Source of the DNA: Paludibacter sp.
Lineage (GTDB): Bacteria; Bacteroidota; Bacteroidia; Bacteroidales; Paludibacteraceae
Direction: 5' to 3'
DNA length: 64,000 bases
Assembly: GCA_013426815.1 (NCBI GenBank)
Contig: JACDZH010000001.1
Span: 14,934 to 78,933 of the forward strand
In this document: positions 50,837 through 60,855 of the stretch, piece after piece
How the letters are laid out: each line of letters opens with the position of its first letter
Position numbering within the stretch: the first letter of the stretch is position 1
Translations under genes and position numbers: made by a program
The notes under the pieces: model-generated
What the model was told of the DNA's origin: nothing
Seen by the model: the letters and a program-made list of their open reading frames with translations, nothing else
The model's database searches: none

Positions 50837-53245
50837 TTATTTTTTAATAATTTTCTTCTGATAGTTTATATGATTACCTGATAATTTCAAAATATAAGCA
50901 CCTGACTGTTTGTCTGACAGATCTACTGTAATGTTTTTCTGATTTGATAAATTAAATTGATAAATTGCTTTACCCATCAAATCAAATATTTTTAATTCAT
51001 TAACACCTTCAGGAATGTTCAACGAAAGCATATCAGTAATCGGGTTTGGCGAAACTGAAATTTGAAATTCTTTCGTTTTTTCAATATCCGTAGCAGCTGT
51101 TTTAATTAAAAAAAGTCCATCATGTGCCGGAATAGTAACTTCGGTAACAACCTGCCCATTATTTACTGTTGCATCCAAATTCCCCAAAATACGTTGATAA
51201 GGTTTCTCTAATATAAATGTTTTTGGAGAAAAACTTGCATTGGCCAAAATAATTCCATTATCGAAATCGCGACGAAATAGATCGGCAGAACCAGCAAACA
51301 GGCCAAGTTGGTCAATCCATACTTTGGTAAGTTCAGATCCAACTTCAAATTTGACTTTCAAGCTACCTCCACTTAATTCCTTCCAACCCAAAACATGTTT
51401 GCTCCAACCCGGGGAAAGAAATATTTTTGAAGTAAGTGAACCCATCGACACTCGAATAATTCGGCTAGGACCTTCGCTATAAGCTGCAAAACACAAAGTA
51501 TATTCCTGATTCGATGCAATTGAAACAGAAGGTGTTGATATAGCTGAACCGGATATTTGCAAATTTGCATTAGGTATAGTTGGGGTAATTAGTAACGATG
51601 CAGTTCCTTCGAATTGTTTATCGGTAACTCTTGAAACGAAAGCTGCAGTTTGAGTCCATCCACTCACTGCCGTTTCAAAATTTCCATTCGAAATTAAATT
51701 CCTATCAGAAGCATAAGTGTTAGCATCATAAATTCGTTGGTATTGACCTTTTGCATTTCCTAGCCATTTGTTGTTTTTACAAATGTCTGAAGTATTAGTA
51801 ACTAAAGCTGATTTTCCATAATTAACTCCTTGTGTATAAACTGCATCTTCATCGAAATAATGAAAACCACCGCCAAATCCATTTTGATTCGAAAACCAGG
51901 CTCCATCAAACATCATAGTCATGGAATATGAAAATCGAACTGCATTATTGTTCGCAGGAACTGCTGTACCATGATAAATCAGACTAGCTTCTTTGCTTTG
52001 TAAATCGGTAACACGGGGTCCAATAATTCCATGACCTGTTTGAGCTTTCATACCACTGATATAAAATGGGAAAAAACTGTATATATTATTAGCTCCTACA
52101 ACAGCCCCATCTTCATCAAAAGTATGTGTCCAGGCTGCTTCCATTTGAGTACCATTGTTTGACAATATGCCATACGATTCGGCAACACCACCCAAAATAA
52201 CCACATTGATATGTCCTCTGGCATCAATTCCATCTCTTACTCCTTTGTAAAATAATTCCAGCCCTTCACCCCAAAAATTGTTTCCTTCTTTATCATAACC
52301 CCAATCGGATGCTCCATCGTTGTCCAAATCTGCATCACGACTATCAATACCACCACCATCAACATACGAAATTGGGTCGGCATCGTAGAGTATTCCACCA
52401 ATCTGAGCAGCATCAGGATTTCCATTACCATCTTTATCATAATGGGCAGCCAACCAAATTGAAAGAGCTTCGTGCATTTTCTTTCCATTAGCATCCAGAG
52501 GACATTTTGTGGAATGATTGTAAACCCATAATTCTTTTGCAGTTCCGTTTCCGGTTGTATGCTGTGCAATAACAGAACCAGCAGGCCATGCCTTTGCAGT
52601 GCTTTTATATCCACGGGTAGTGAGAGTTAATGTCGAACCAATTCTGGTAATATATAGATGTTCGGCATCTGTCCAATCGTAAGCCGATGGACGAATAACA
52701 TAATAGTAAGCACCACTTTGAATTTTTGAAATATCACTTACTGTCAATGTAATTCCAGACTCAGCAGTTATTGTAGCATTTAGAGTTGTATAAGGCTGGT
52801 AAGCCCAATGTCCGGCAAAAACTGAAATACCTGTTGTAGCAGTCCCAGATGTAGTAAAAGGTAATCCGCTCACTTCACTACCAGCTGCATCTGCAAAACC
52901 CTGATAAGCCTGCGGACTACATTCCCTTATCCAAGTCAAGTTAGGATTCAAACGCTGAGCATCCAGTATCGAGGTCTGATTATATGGTTTCTTGCAAACA
53001 AGATCAAAACAAGCTAATTGCTCTGCTGTTATTGATGCAGATTTAAGCGTACCAGTACTTCTGCGCGGAAAACCTGTAAGATTAGTAAACTTATTTGTTT
53101 GAACACGAGTAACCCTGTTGGTAGGTGGTTGATCTTCGAGCCAATCCAGTTTTTGAGCTGTAACTGTTACATTCAAAAACATAAAAAAAGCAAGTACAAA
53201 TAAGGCAATGCGATTGATTACTGATTCAGGGTAAAGTACTTTCAT
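50837..53245 (-). CDS. Uncharacterised putative glycoside hydrolase with a CBM4/9-like domain, paralogue B (802 aa, T9SS tail)
   Basis: Family motifs as for 44763; CTD ISVSPNPITD...IFDLMGK...GAYILK...KKIIKK. Confidence 0.7.
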   Translation of the reverse strand: MKVLYPESVINRIALFVLAFFMFLNVTVTAQKLDWLEDQPPTNRVTRVQTNKFTNLTGFPRRSTGTLKSASITAEQLACFDLVCKKPYNQTSILDAQRLNPNLTWIRECSPQAYQGFADAAGSEVSGLPFTTSGTATTGISVFAGHWAYQPYTTLNATITAESGITLTVSDISKIQSGAYYYVIRPSAYDWTDAEHLYITRIGSTLTLTTRGYKSTAKAWPAGSVIAQHTTGNGTAKELWVYNHSTKCPLDANGKKMHEALSIWLAAHYDKDGNGNPDAAQIGGILYDADPISYVDGGGIDSRDADLDNDGASDWGYDKEGNNFWGEGLELFYKGVRDGIDARGHINVVILGGVAESYGILSNNGTQMEAAWTHTFDEDGAVVGANNIYSFFPFYISGMKAQTGHGIIGPRVTDLQSKEASLIYHGTAVPANNNAVRFSYSMTMMFDGAWFSNQNGFGGGFHYFDEDAVYTQGVNYGKSALVTNTSDICKNNKWLGNAKGQYQRIYDANTYASDRNLISNGNFETAVSGWTQTAAFVSRVTDKQFEGTASLLITPTIPNANLQISGSAISTPSVSIASNQEYTLCFAAYSEGPSRIIRVSMGSLTSKIFLSPGWSKHVLGWKELSGGSLKVKFEVGSELTKVWIDQLGLFAGSADLFRRDFDNGIILANASFSPKTFILEKPYQRILGNLDATVNNGQVVTEVTIPAHDGLFLIKTAATDIEKTKEFQISVSPNPITDMLSLNIPEGVNELKIFDLMGKAIYQFNLSNQKNITVDLSDKQSGAYILKLSGNHINYQKKIIKK

Positions 53246-53300
53246 TTGAGGTATTTATTTGTGAAACAACAAATTAAATGACAAATTCATTAAAGATAAA

Positions 53301-53355
53301 TTGTAAGTCATAATTATTACGATTTGTGGACAGATAAAAATGTGTTATAAAACAT
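53301..53355. promoter_or_regulatory. 55-bp conserved upstream motif, copy 2 (divergent region between paralogue B and the carrageenase-like gene)
   Basis: 47/55 identical to 48249-48303. Confidence 0.6.
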
Positions 53356-53432
53356 TTTTTTTGTTGTCAACAGATTCAATGTCAATAGACTTATAGAGTT
53401 GTAACTTTCAAATTTTATTAAACAGAAAACAA

Positions 53433-56400
53433 ATGAAAAAAACGCAATCACGCCGTGAATTCCTACGTACAAGTGTCTTTGCTGCGTCACTCGTAATTCT
53501 TCCCGATGGAATTTCAAGGCTTTTAGGTAATAATCTGCAAAAAAGAATAACAGAAATATCCTTAGATTCAACTTCATGGTTTACATGTGGTGGAGAAACC
53601 ATATATCATCTTAAAGCTGGAAAAACCAGATCTGATATTCCCCGATCAATTTTTGCTGCTGCATTTTCTGGGAAAATTCTATGTTACGATTTTTCAGGCA
53701 ATAAATTGTGGGAGCAAAAATGCAGTTCTTTTTTTCCTTTTTCAATGGATGTGGCTGATATTGATGGCGATGGCTTCGACGAATGTGTTATTGCTTCGGC
53801 TGATGGTTCCTTGTATATTATTGATAATGATGGCAGTTTAATTGCCAAATTATTTAGTGGAAAAACGCCACTTTATGCAGTTAAGGTAGTGAGTGATTCA
53901 TTGGGTAATCAAGCTATTTATTGTGGTGGTCCTGAGCGAATTTTATATAAAGTGTCGCCAAGAGGAGTTGTTTTAAACCAAATAACTACAACTTATGCCA
54001 TAACAACTATTAATTCCGGTATTTTTACACTTACTTCGGGAAAAGGATTGGTGGTGGGTTTACAGGCTAATTATGCGAAAAACTATCTCATTTTCTACAA
54101 TTTATCAACTTTTACAATCGTAGGAAATCCAATCAATACCAGAGAAACTTACCAATATACTGTGGCGGTTTCAGATATGGACTCAGATAATTCTGACAGA
54201 ATTGCTTTTGGTGGAAATAAAGAAGGGTCTGTATTTGATGCTTCTGGTACAAAATTACTTACACTTGAAGAAAAAACAACCGGAAGAGGACAAGATACTT
54301 ATGCACTCCAAATGCTGGAATCAATTCCGGCTGCTTCTGGTACAGGAAGGCAATTGATTGGACTGACAGCCAATTCTCTGAGATTTTACGATGCAGCCGG
54401 TCAAATTCAAAAAGATGTTTCGTTCGACATTGCTCCTGCCGGATTATTTTATGACGATGTTACTGAAACACTTCTGTTGGGTAGCGATATTTCAGGTGGA
54501 GATACTATTTACTGTGTAAGACTAAAAGAGACAGGCTGGGAAAACGCCCTAAAATCTATTGGTTATAAAGGAAAACTAGCAACAATAGTTGCAAACATAA
54601 ATACACTTAATGAGCAAGTGAATAATTTTACAGCTCCTGTTTATCAACCAGTTGAAAACACTGAACAAACCTATGTTTTCACATACAATCCTTATAATCC
54701 GGGTACCTTAAACGAAATTGATATAAATTATTCACTTAAACCGATATTGAATGTTTATAGTAACGAATTCAAATACTCCCATATTCATTTTTCCGGAAAT
54801 CAGTGGCTAAGCGAAAGCAGTGAAAGCTTCAATAGGTCGGCTCTACCTTATGGCTGGGATACCAAACGGGATACACGTATGCCATATAAATTAACTTCAA
54901 CGCAAATTATTGATTATGCAAGAACGTTAGAGCAAAATGGATTATCCTTTACATGGACAATAGGGCATGGCAATGATCCGTTTTTCTTAAGTCTTACAAC
55001 TGTAGAGGGTATTTTGATCGCAGCTCCCACCAAATGCGATGGTTTTATTTTTCCTGAAATGGAAGCAGGAGATACTCCGGCTTTCCACTATGCTATTGAA
55101 AATCACATTATTCCAATCTGTAATCTGTGTGTGAAATATGGAAACAGAAAAGTAATTTTACGTTCAAAATTTCTATTTTGGGCCGCAGATATATACACCG
55201 ATTTGTGGAGTTGGGCATTGAAAGATAAAAAATATAAAGACGTAATTGTTCCGGCAATGGAAGAAACCTACGAGCGATTATGCGACCTTTCAATTTCAGG
55301 ACGGGTTGGACTAAAACAAGGTGGATGGTTTAATGATTGGGCAGGTAGGGCTGTTCACGACAATCCTTTGTACGACAGACAACATCAATGGTCAGCAACT
55401 ACAATTGGTAGCCACTTTTTAAGGGCAATGGTTTATCAATCCGAAATGGGAGCACGAATTAATCTGATACAACTTTCGGAAGTAACACCTACCGGTTTTC
55501 GTGGTCATTCCCTTATTGTTAAGCCTTTTACACACATGCTCGGAAAGGGAATTCTCCGTTGTCCGCAAAACACTTCAGATATGTTATCATTATCTCCAGT
55601 AGTTATTGGAATGAAACCTGCATCGGAAACATTTATTGAGGCTTCTCATAATTCTCATAAAATAGCTATTTATGCAGATGATCCCAAATGGGTATTCAGC
55701 AGGCTCGAATGTTTTTGGGGTCAAGCTGCAACTCCGGAACATGATTTTGGTTATTTTGGTACCGGTAGAAGAAAGCAGGCAATGAACTTTATACCAAAAA
55801 ATCCGTATGGAATGGTAACTTTTCACCCCAACGATGGATCTGCATTGACACAAACCGGTGTGGAAAAAGTAATTGTTACCGATGGAGAAAGTTGGTACGA
55901 CGAAAATGGTGCGAAACAAAGTGCAATAGCCTATGCTTCTGCAATCGAAAACACATTGAAATCGTATGCCGAAGAAATGATGATAAAAGTAGTTGGTGAT
56001 GTTGCGTGGACTGCTACACAACTCGATTTAAACCATTTACGTATTGTGATTATTGATTCGGGCTATTTAGATCCTGACAATCGAGAAGCACAAATAACAA
56101 TTGCTGTTGATGTAATTTCGGCAACCGATATCCTTACTAAACAGGCTATAGCTGTCAACAACAACAGCTTTCGGGTAACAGTTCCTATGGGTATTCTTAG
56201 TATTATCGACATCGAATATAATCAACAAACATCTGTGAAAAAACCCTCAAAAGTGCAAAATATCAAAATTTATCCAAACCCTATTTCCGATTCAATAAAT
56301 ATAAAATTGAGTAATGAAAATGTGGATTGGGATGTTGAAGTTTTTGATATGTTGGGGAAACTCTTAATCAAAGAGCAAAATAAAATCAAAGTTTATACCC

Positions 56401-56480
56401 ATTCACTCGAAAAAGGAATGTACATGGTCAATGTACAATCTGGAGGAGATGTTTTATCTCAAATGATTATAAAAATATAA
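53433..56480 (+). CDS. cglA: Lambda-carrageenase family protein (CglA/GH150-like) with a Tat motif and a T9SS tail
   Basis: FG-GAP-like DIDGDGFDE..IASADG; GHGNDP, IFPEME, VPAMEET, DNPLYDR, LSLSPV, VFSRL, NFIPK, DSGYLDP are collinear with Pseudoalteromonas CglA as recalled; N-terminal SRREFLR; CTD IYPNP...VFDMLGK...KGMYMV. The symbol is family-level. Confidence 0.8.
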   Translation: MKKTQSRREFLRTSVFAASLVILPDGISRLLGNNLQKRITEISLDSTSWFTCGGETIYHLKAGKTRSDIPRSIFAAAFSGKILCYDFSGNKLWEQKCSSFFPFSMDVADIDGDGFDECVIASADGSLYIIDNDGSLIAKLFSGKTPLYAVKVVSDSLGNQAIYCGGPERILYKVSPRGVVLNQITTTYAITTINSGIFTLTSGKGLVVGLQANYAKNYLIFYNLSTFTIVGNPINTRETYQYTVAVSDMDSDNSDRIAFGGNKEGSVFDASGTKLLTLEEKTTGRGQDTYALQMLESIPAASGTGRQLIGLTANSLRFYDAAGQIQKDVSFDIAPAGLFYDDVTETLLLGSDISGGDTIYCVRLKETGWENALKSIGYKGKLATIVANINTLNEQVNNFTAPVYQPVENTEQTYVFTYNPYNPGTLNEIDINYSLKPILNVYSNEFKYSHIHFSGNQWLSESSESFNRSALPYGWDTKRDTRMPYKLTSTQIIDYARTLEQNGLSFTWTIGHGNDPFFLSLTTVEGILIAAPTKCDGFIFPEMEAGDTPAFHYAIENHIIPICNLCVKYGNRKVILRSKFLFWAADIYTDLWSWALKDKKYKDVIVPAMEETYERLCDLSISGRVGLKQGGWFNDWAGRAVHDNPLYDRQHQWSATTIGSHFLRAMVYQSEMGARINLIQLSEVTPTGFRGHSLIVKPFTHMLGKGILRCPQNTSDMLSLSPVVIGMKPASETFIEASHNSHKIAIYADDPKWVFSRLECFWGQAATPEHDFGYFGTGRRKQAMNFIPKNPYGMVTFHPNDGSALTQTGVEKVIVTDGESWYDENGAKQSAIAYASAIENTLKSYAEEMMIKVVGDVAWTATQLDLNHLRIVIIDSGYLDPDNREAQITIAVDVISATDILTKQAIAVNNNSFRVTVPMGILSIIDIEYNQQTSVKKPSKVQNIKIYPNPISDSINIKLSNENVDWDVEVFDMLGKLLIKEQNKIKVYTHSLEKGMYMVNVQSGGDVLSQMIIKI

Positions 56481-56553
56481 ATTATTTGCTACTTATTCAA
56501 TTTCTAAAGTAGAGTTTATAGAAGTTAAGTAATTAATATTGTTAATGTGACAA

Positions 56554-57859
56554 TACTGCTGTTGCGTTAATACTTAACATTCAAATAATTTTAGTTGCTC
56601 TTTGACATTTTGATATAATTGATGTTGTTCGCATTATAACTCACGTATTGGTGTTTTGTCTCGTACAGAAATACCAAGTATTTGCATTATTTCATAAACA
56701 TTATAATTGCTTTTGAGTTCATACTTGATGTGTGCTACTATTAAGTATGTGCAAATAGCTATCCAAAGGTATTTTTTTACTGCATTTACAGAGTATCCCC
56801 ACAGCTTTTTAATAATAAGGTTTTTGTTTTATCCATTTGAAAAATACTTCGATTTGCCAACGATTTTTATACAAGTTGGCAATTTCTAAAGCTGATACTT
56901 CAAAATTATTTGTCAGAAAAACAAGTAATTCATCGTTTTGATTGTCGTAATACTCAACCAAACGTAGTTTTTCGGGATAAAGCACTTTTGATTTTTGTAT
57001 TCTTAACATCACTGTTTTATCTGTTCTCAACCCTGTAGTTTGGTACATATTGAAATTTTGTTCAACAACTTCATAATTCATCGGTTTTTTAGCTCTTTTT
57101 GCAAAAAATGCATCTACTTGATTTATACGGTATAATGATTCAAAGTCAACATATTCTTTATCCATTAAATAAATAGCATTTCTTTGAGGAACAATTTCGT
57201 CCATAGCATTACTGTCGTGATATTTCCGGGTCAGTTATAAGTATAAATTCGGGTATACTGCCCCTTAAGTTGAGCAAAGTGTGCATTTTCACAGCTCCAC
57301 GCGAATACTTACATTCTGCCCAAGTGCAAAGATTGATTCTGACCGAAATAGTGTTGAGTCCAACGCATATACTTCATTGTCAATATCAAGATTGGAAATG
57401 GAGCAAATTGCATACAATGGACGAACCTTCGAAATTAGATAATAACCGAAATCGGCTAATTTCCGCCAGTCTCAGTTTTCACTGGCTCTTGACAGGGTAG
57501 AAACTACGACATATTGTTTAATACCCAAGTGATATTGCTTGCCTTTGTGAGCCATTAAGCACAAAAATTGTTGTGCAGTGAATTCGGCGAGATCAATTGT
57601 CCGAAGAATAGTTGAACAAACTGATTCCAACAATTCAAATCACGTACACGATAATTACCAAAGTATCGTTTTACGTACTTATTAAATTCATACAGATCCA
57701 CGAAATCCAAAACCTGTGAGAATACATATTTACCCTAATACATAATTTGCTTTTCGAGCAAATGTACGTCAATTCAAGTCAAAAAATCAAAGAACGAGTC
57801 TATATGACTGTATTACAACAAGATACACGCAAATGTTAAAAGTTAACTCAAAACTACTA
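56554..57859 (-). mobile_element. Degenerate IS4-family insertion sequence (DUF4372 + DDE transposase pseudogene)
   Basis: Relic start at 57743 reads MY*GKYVFSQ; YHLG, STLSRA, YALDST, KMHTLL, YKNRWQIEVFFKWIKQ occur across stops and frameshifts; imperfect 17-bp terminal inverted repeats (12/17) at 56554-56570 and 57843-57859. Confidence 0.85.
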
Positions 57860-58244
57860 ATCTTTGATTGTAAAATATTGATTTACTATCAGTTAAATCA
57901 CACAAACTTTTATTATGTTGAAAAGAGGTGAGGAGACTTTAGCTTCCAATGAAGAGTACAGTCAATTATAACTTCCAATTCTGTATTCTTAAAATTGAAC
58001 TAATCCATTTTGATACAGCATCTGCAGTTCCTTTTTCTTTGACCCAAAACCAACCTGAAAGGAAGAGATAATTAATTCTGCTGCCAAGAAACTGAATAAC
58101 TGAAACTTAAGTTTTTTTTTGTAGTTAAATTTTCAGATTAATCATACTTGATATTAATTTATAAATCAGCAAGTTAAATTAAAGATAAAAGTATAAAGAT
58201 ATTTACAGAATAAAAAAATTGTTTTTTCAATTCTAAAAACCTTC

Positions 58245-58673
58245 TGATTTAGATTTACGCGGTAAACACTCGTATTTTTTTGTTGAAAACCAAGACCCAG
58301 ATATAGTTTGTTGGCAATGGTTCTTTCCGGATTTGAGGTAAGCATAGAGTATCAGCATTTTGCTCTTTAGCATATTGTATTGCAAAATCCATTAAAAACA
58401 TTCCAACACCTTGACCTTTTTACAACTTATCTACAACTACATCTTCAATCCTGGCTTTCTTTCTGGTAGGAGAACAGTATAATCCAATAGAAAACATTCC
58501 CATATATTCACCAATATCATTCATTGCAAAAAAGTGATGACTTTTTCTTCATTGATTATTGACTCAATAAGTAAGCTATCCAGCGTACTCTTTTTTGAAG
58601 TTAATTGAAAAACAAATTTTTCAATTAACTCAAATCGGATTGAATCTAACTTTTCAATCTCGATTATCGTCAT
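58245..58673 (-). pseudogene. GNAT acetyltransferase pseudogene
   Basis: ATG 1 nt after the stop of paralogue C; ARIEDVVVDKL*KGQGVG..LMDFAIQYAK and ANKLYLGLGF motifs broken by two frameshifts and a TAA. Confidence 0.75.
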
Positions 58674-58674
58674 A

Positions 58675-60840
58675 TTATTTTGGTTTTACTAAAAACAACC
58701 CTTCGTGTGGAGCCAAAGTAATTTCACTTACATTTTTTTCACCATTATTTACTACAGCATCCAGATTACCGGCAATGCGGCTCAATCCTTTTTCTAACTG
58801 AATAGTTTTGGGTAAGTTGCTCGCATTGGCAAGTATAACTCCGTTTTCGAAATCACGACGAAATACGTCAGCAGACCCTTCGAACAAATACAATTGATCT
58901 ACCCAAACATTTGTTAATTCACCTCCTACATCAAATCTTAAACTGGAATTTTCTGAGTTTTTTTCTTTCCATGTCAGTACTTGTTTGTTCCAACCGGGCG
59001 TAACAAATAGTTCCTGCGTAAAGGAACCTATTTTAACATCCACTTTGCGCGCCGGTCCTTCACTGTAAACAGCAAAACACAAGGTATATTCTTTATCAGC
59101 AATTAGTGAAATTGACGGACTGCTTACTGTTGCTGCACTCCAATCACTTACTATATTATTCGTTTTATCGGGCGTAATTTTCAAACACGCTTTTCCCTGA
59201 TATGGTTTGTTTTGCTCAATTGATGCTGCTGCTTTTATACCAGTCCATTCGGTTAATGGCTTTTCAAAATCTCCGTTAGGAAAAAGATTTTTCGACACAT
59301 CGAAAGCATAAGCATCGTAAACTCGTTTATAACCTCCAAGTGCCTTACCAAGCCATTTGCTGTTTTTGAGAATATCAGAAGTGTTGGATTTCAAAACCGA
59401 TTTACCAAAATTTTCTCCTTTTGCGGTGTAAACAGCATCTTCGTCGAAATAATGAAACGGATCACCAAAACCATTTTGATTGCTAAACCAAACACCGTCG
59501 AACATCATGGTCATAGCATACGAGAAACGCACATGCTTATTGGTAGTTTCTACTGTCTTACCATAATATAAGGCACTGATTTCTTTTCCCTGAACATCGG
59601 AAACCCTAGGATAAATCAGTCCATGTGCAGTTTGAGCTTTCATTGTACTCATGTAAAAACCTATATAATTATAAGCTGATGCTGGTGCTCCCGTTGCAAT
59701 AAATTGATGCGACCAAGCTGCTTCAACCTGTGTGCCATTATTTGGTAGTAATCCCCACGACTCTGCAACACCTCCTACAATAATTACATCTTTTCGACCT
59801 ATGGAATTTAATCCATCGCGTACACCTTTGTAAAACGTTTCCAAACCCTCGCTCCAAAAATTTGTACCATCTTGTGCATATCCCCAGTCGGCTACTCCGT
59901 CGTTATCCATATCAGCATTACGTCTTTTACGTCCACCACCATCAATAAATGCATACGCATCTGAGTCGTAAAGAATACCATCAACCATTGCTTTACATTG
60001 ATTTCCTTGCTCATCTTTATCGTAATTTTTCACAAGCCATTCTGCAAAAATATCGCAAGCGCGTTTTCCTTTTGCATCCTTTGGGCAGCGCGATGTCAAG
60101 TTGTAACACCAGTTTAAATTATCAGTTCCATTTCCTATTTGATGTTGTGCAATGATAGCACCTGCTTTCCAATCCTGTTTTTGACTTTTATAGCCACGCT
60201 TTACAACAGTAATTGTTGCTTCAGTGTCATTGACTTTCGAAACCTGCACGTGTTCAGCATTTTTCCACGAGTCAGCATTGCGGATAACGCAATATGAACC
60301 TTTTTGAATTGCCTGAGCGTTAGCCACTTTTAGTACCATAGTATCTTTTGTTCCCAAATCTTCGGACAAAGTAGTGTATGGTTTGTATGCAAAATGTCCA
60401 GCAAAAATCATATTATCTTCAGTGGCTTCAGCCGAAGTATTGAAAGGATGACCGTTTCCTTGTAAGTTTGGCTCATCCTGACCCCCTTGCCATTCCTGTG
60501 GACAATATATGCGCAACCAAGTCAGATTTGGGTTAAAAACCTGAGCCTCTAACACTTTTGTTCCACCACCAAAAGGCTTGGAACAATAAATATCATAGGT
60601 TGATAATTGCTCTGCTGTAATTGCATTGTTTTTTATTGATCCTGTGCTTTTACGGGGAAAAGCATCTTTGGTCGACAATTTATTTTTTTGTACATAAATT
60701 GCTTCTTTGGGAATTGGCTGATCGTTGAGCCAATCGTAGGAATTGCTTTTTGACACAGCCCAACAACTGTTTGTTATTGTATAAGCGCCTGTAAATATTA
60801 AAAATATCTTGAATATAGATATTTTTATCTGAATTTTCAT
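58675..60840 (-). CDS. Uncharacterised putative glycoside hydrolase with a CBM4/9-like domain, paralogue C (721 aa, no T9SS tail)
   Basis: YDWLNDQP, DGILYD, ADMDNDGVADWGY, GTQVEAAW, FHYFDEDAVY, FRRDFENG. Confidence 0.7.
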   Translation of the reverse strand: MKIQIKISIFKIFLIFTGAYTITNSCWAVSKSNSYDWLNDQPIPKEAIYVQKNKLSTKDAFPRKSTGSIKNNAITAEQLSTYDIYCSKPFGGGTKVLEAQVFNPNLTWLRIYCPQEWQGGQDEPNLQGNGHPFNTSAEATEDNMIFAGHFAYKPYTTLSEDLGTKDTMVLKVANAQAIQKGSYCVIRNADSWKNAEHVQVSKVNDTEATITVVKRGYKSQKQDWKAGAIIAQHQIGNGTDNLNWCYNLTSRCPKDAKGKRACDIFAEWLVKNYDKDEQGNQCKAMVDGILYDSDAYAFIDGGGRKRRNADMDNDGVADWGYAQDGTNFWSEGLETFYKGVRDGLNSIGRKDVIIVGGVAESWGLLPNNGTQVEAAWSHQFIATGAPASAYNYIGFYMSTMKAQTAHGLIYPRVSDVQGKEISALYYGKTVETTNKHVRFSYAMTMMFDGVWFSNQNGFGDPFHYFDEDAVYTAKGENFGKSVLKSNTSDILKNSKWLGKALGGYKRVYDAYAFDVSKNLFPNGDFEKPLTEWTGIKAAASIEQNKPYQGKACLKITPDKTNNIVSDWSAATVSSPSISLIADKEYTLCFAVYSEGPARKVDVKIGSFTQELFVTPGWNKQVLTWKEKNSENSSLRFDVGGELTNVWVDQLYLFEGSADVFRRDFENGVILANASNLPKTIQLEKGLSRIAGNLDAVVNNGEKNVSEITLAPHEGLFLVKPK

Positions 60841-60855
60841 TGTAGAATTTTTTAC

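Noticed and set aside
57950-58110. Possible gene fragment between the IS4 relic and the GNAT pseudogene
   Set aside because: Only a short open stretch with no start context or identifiable family.
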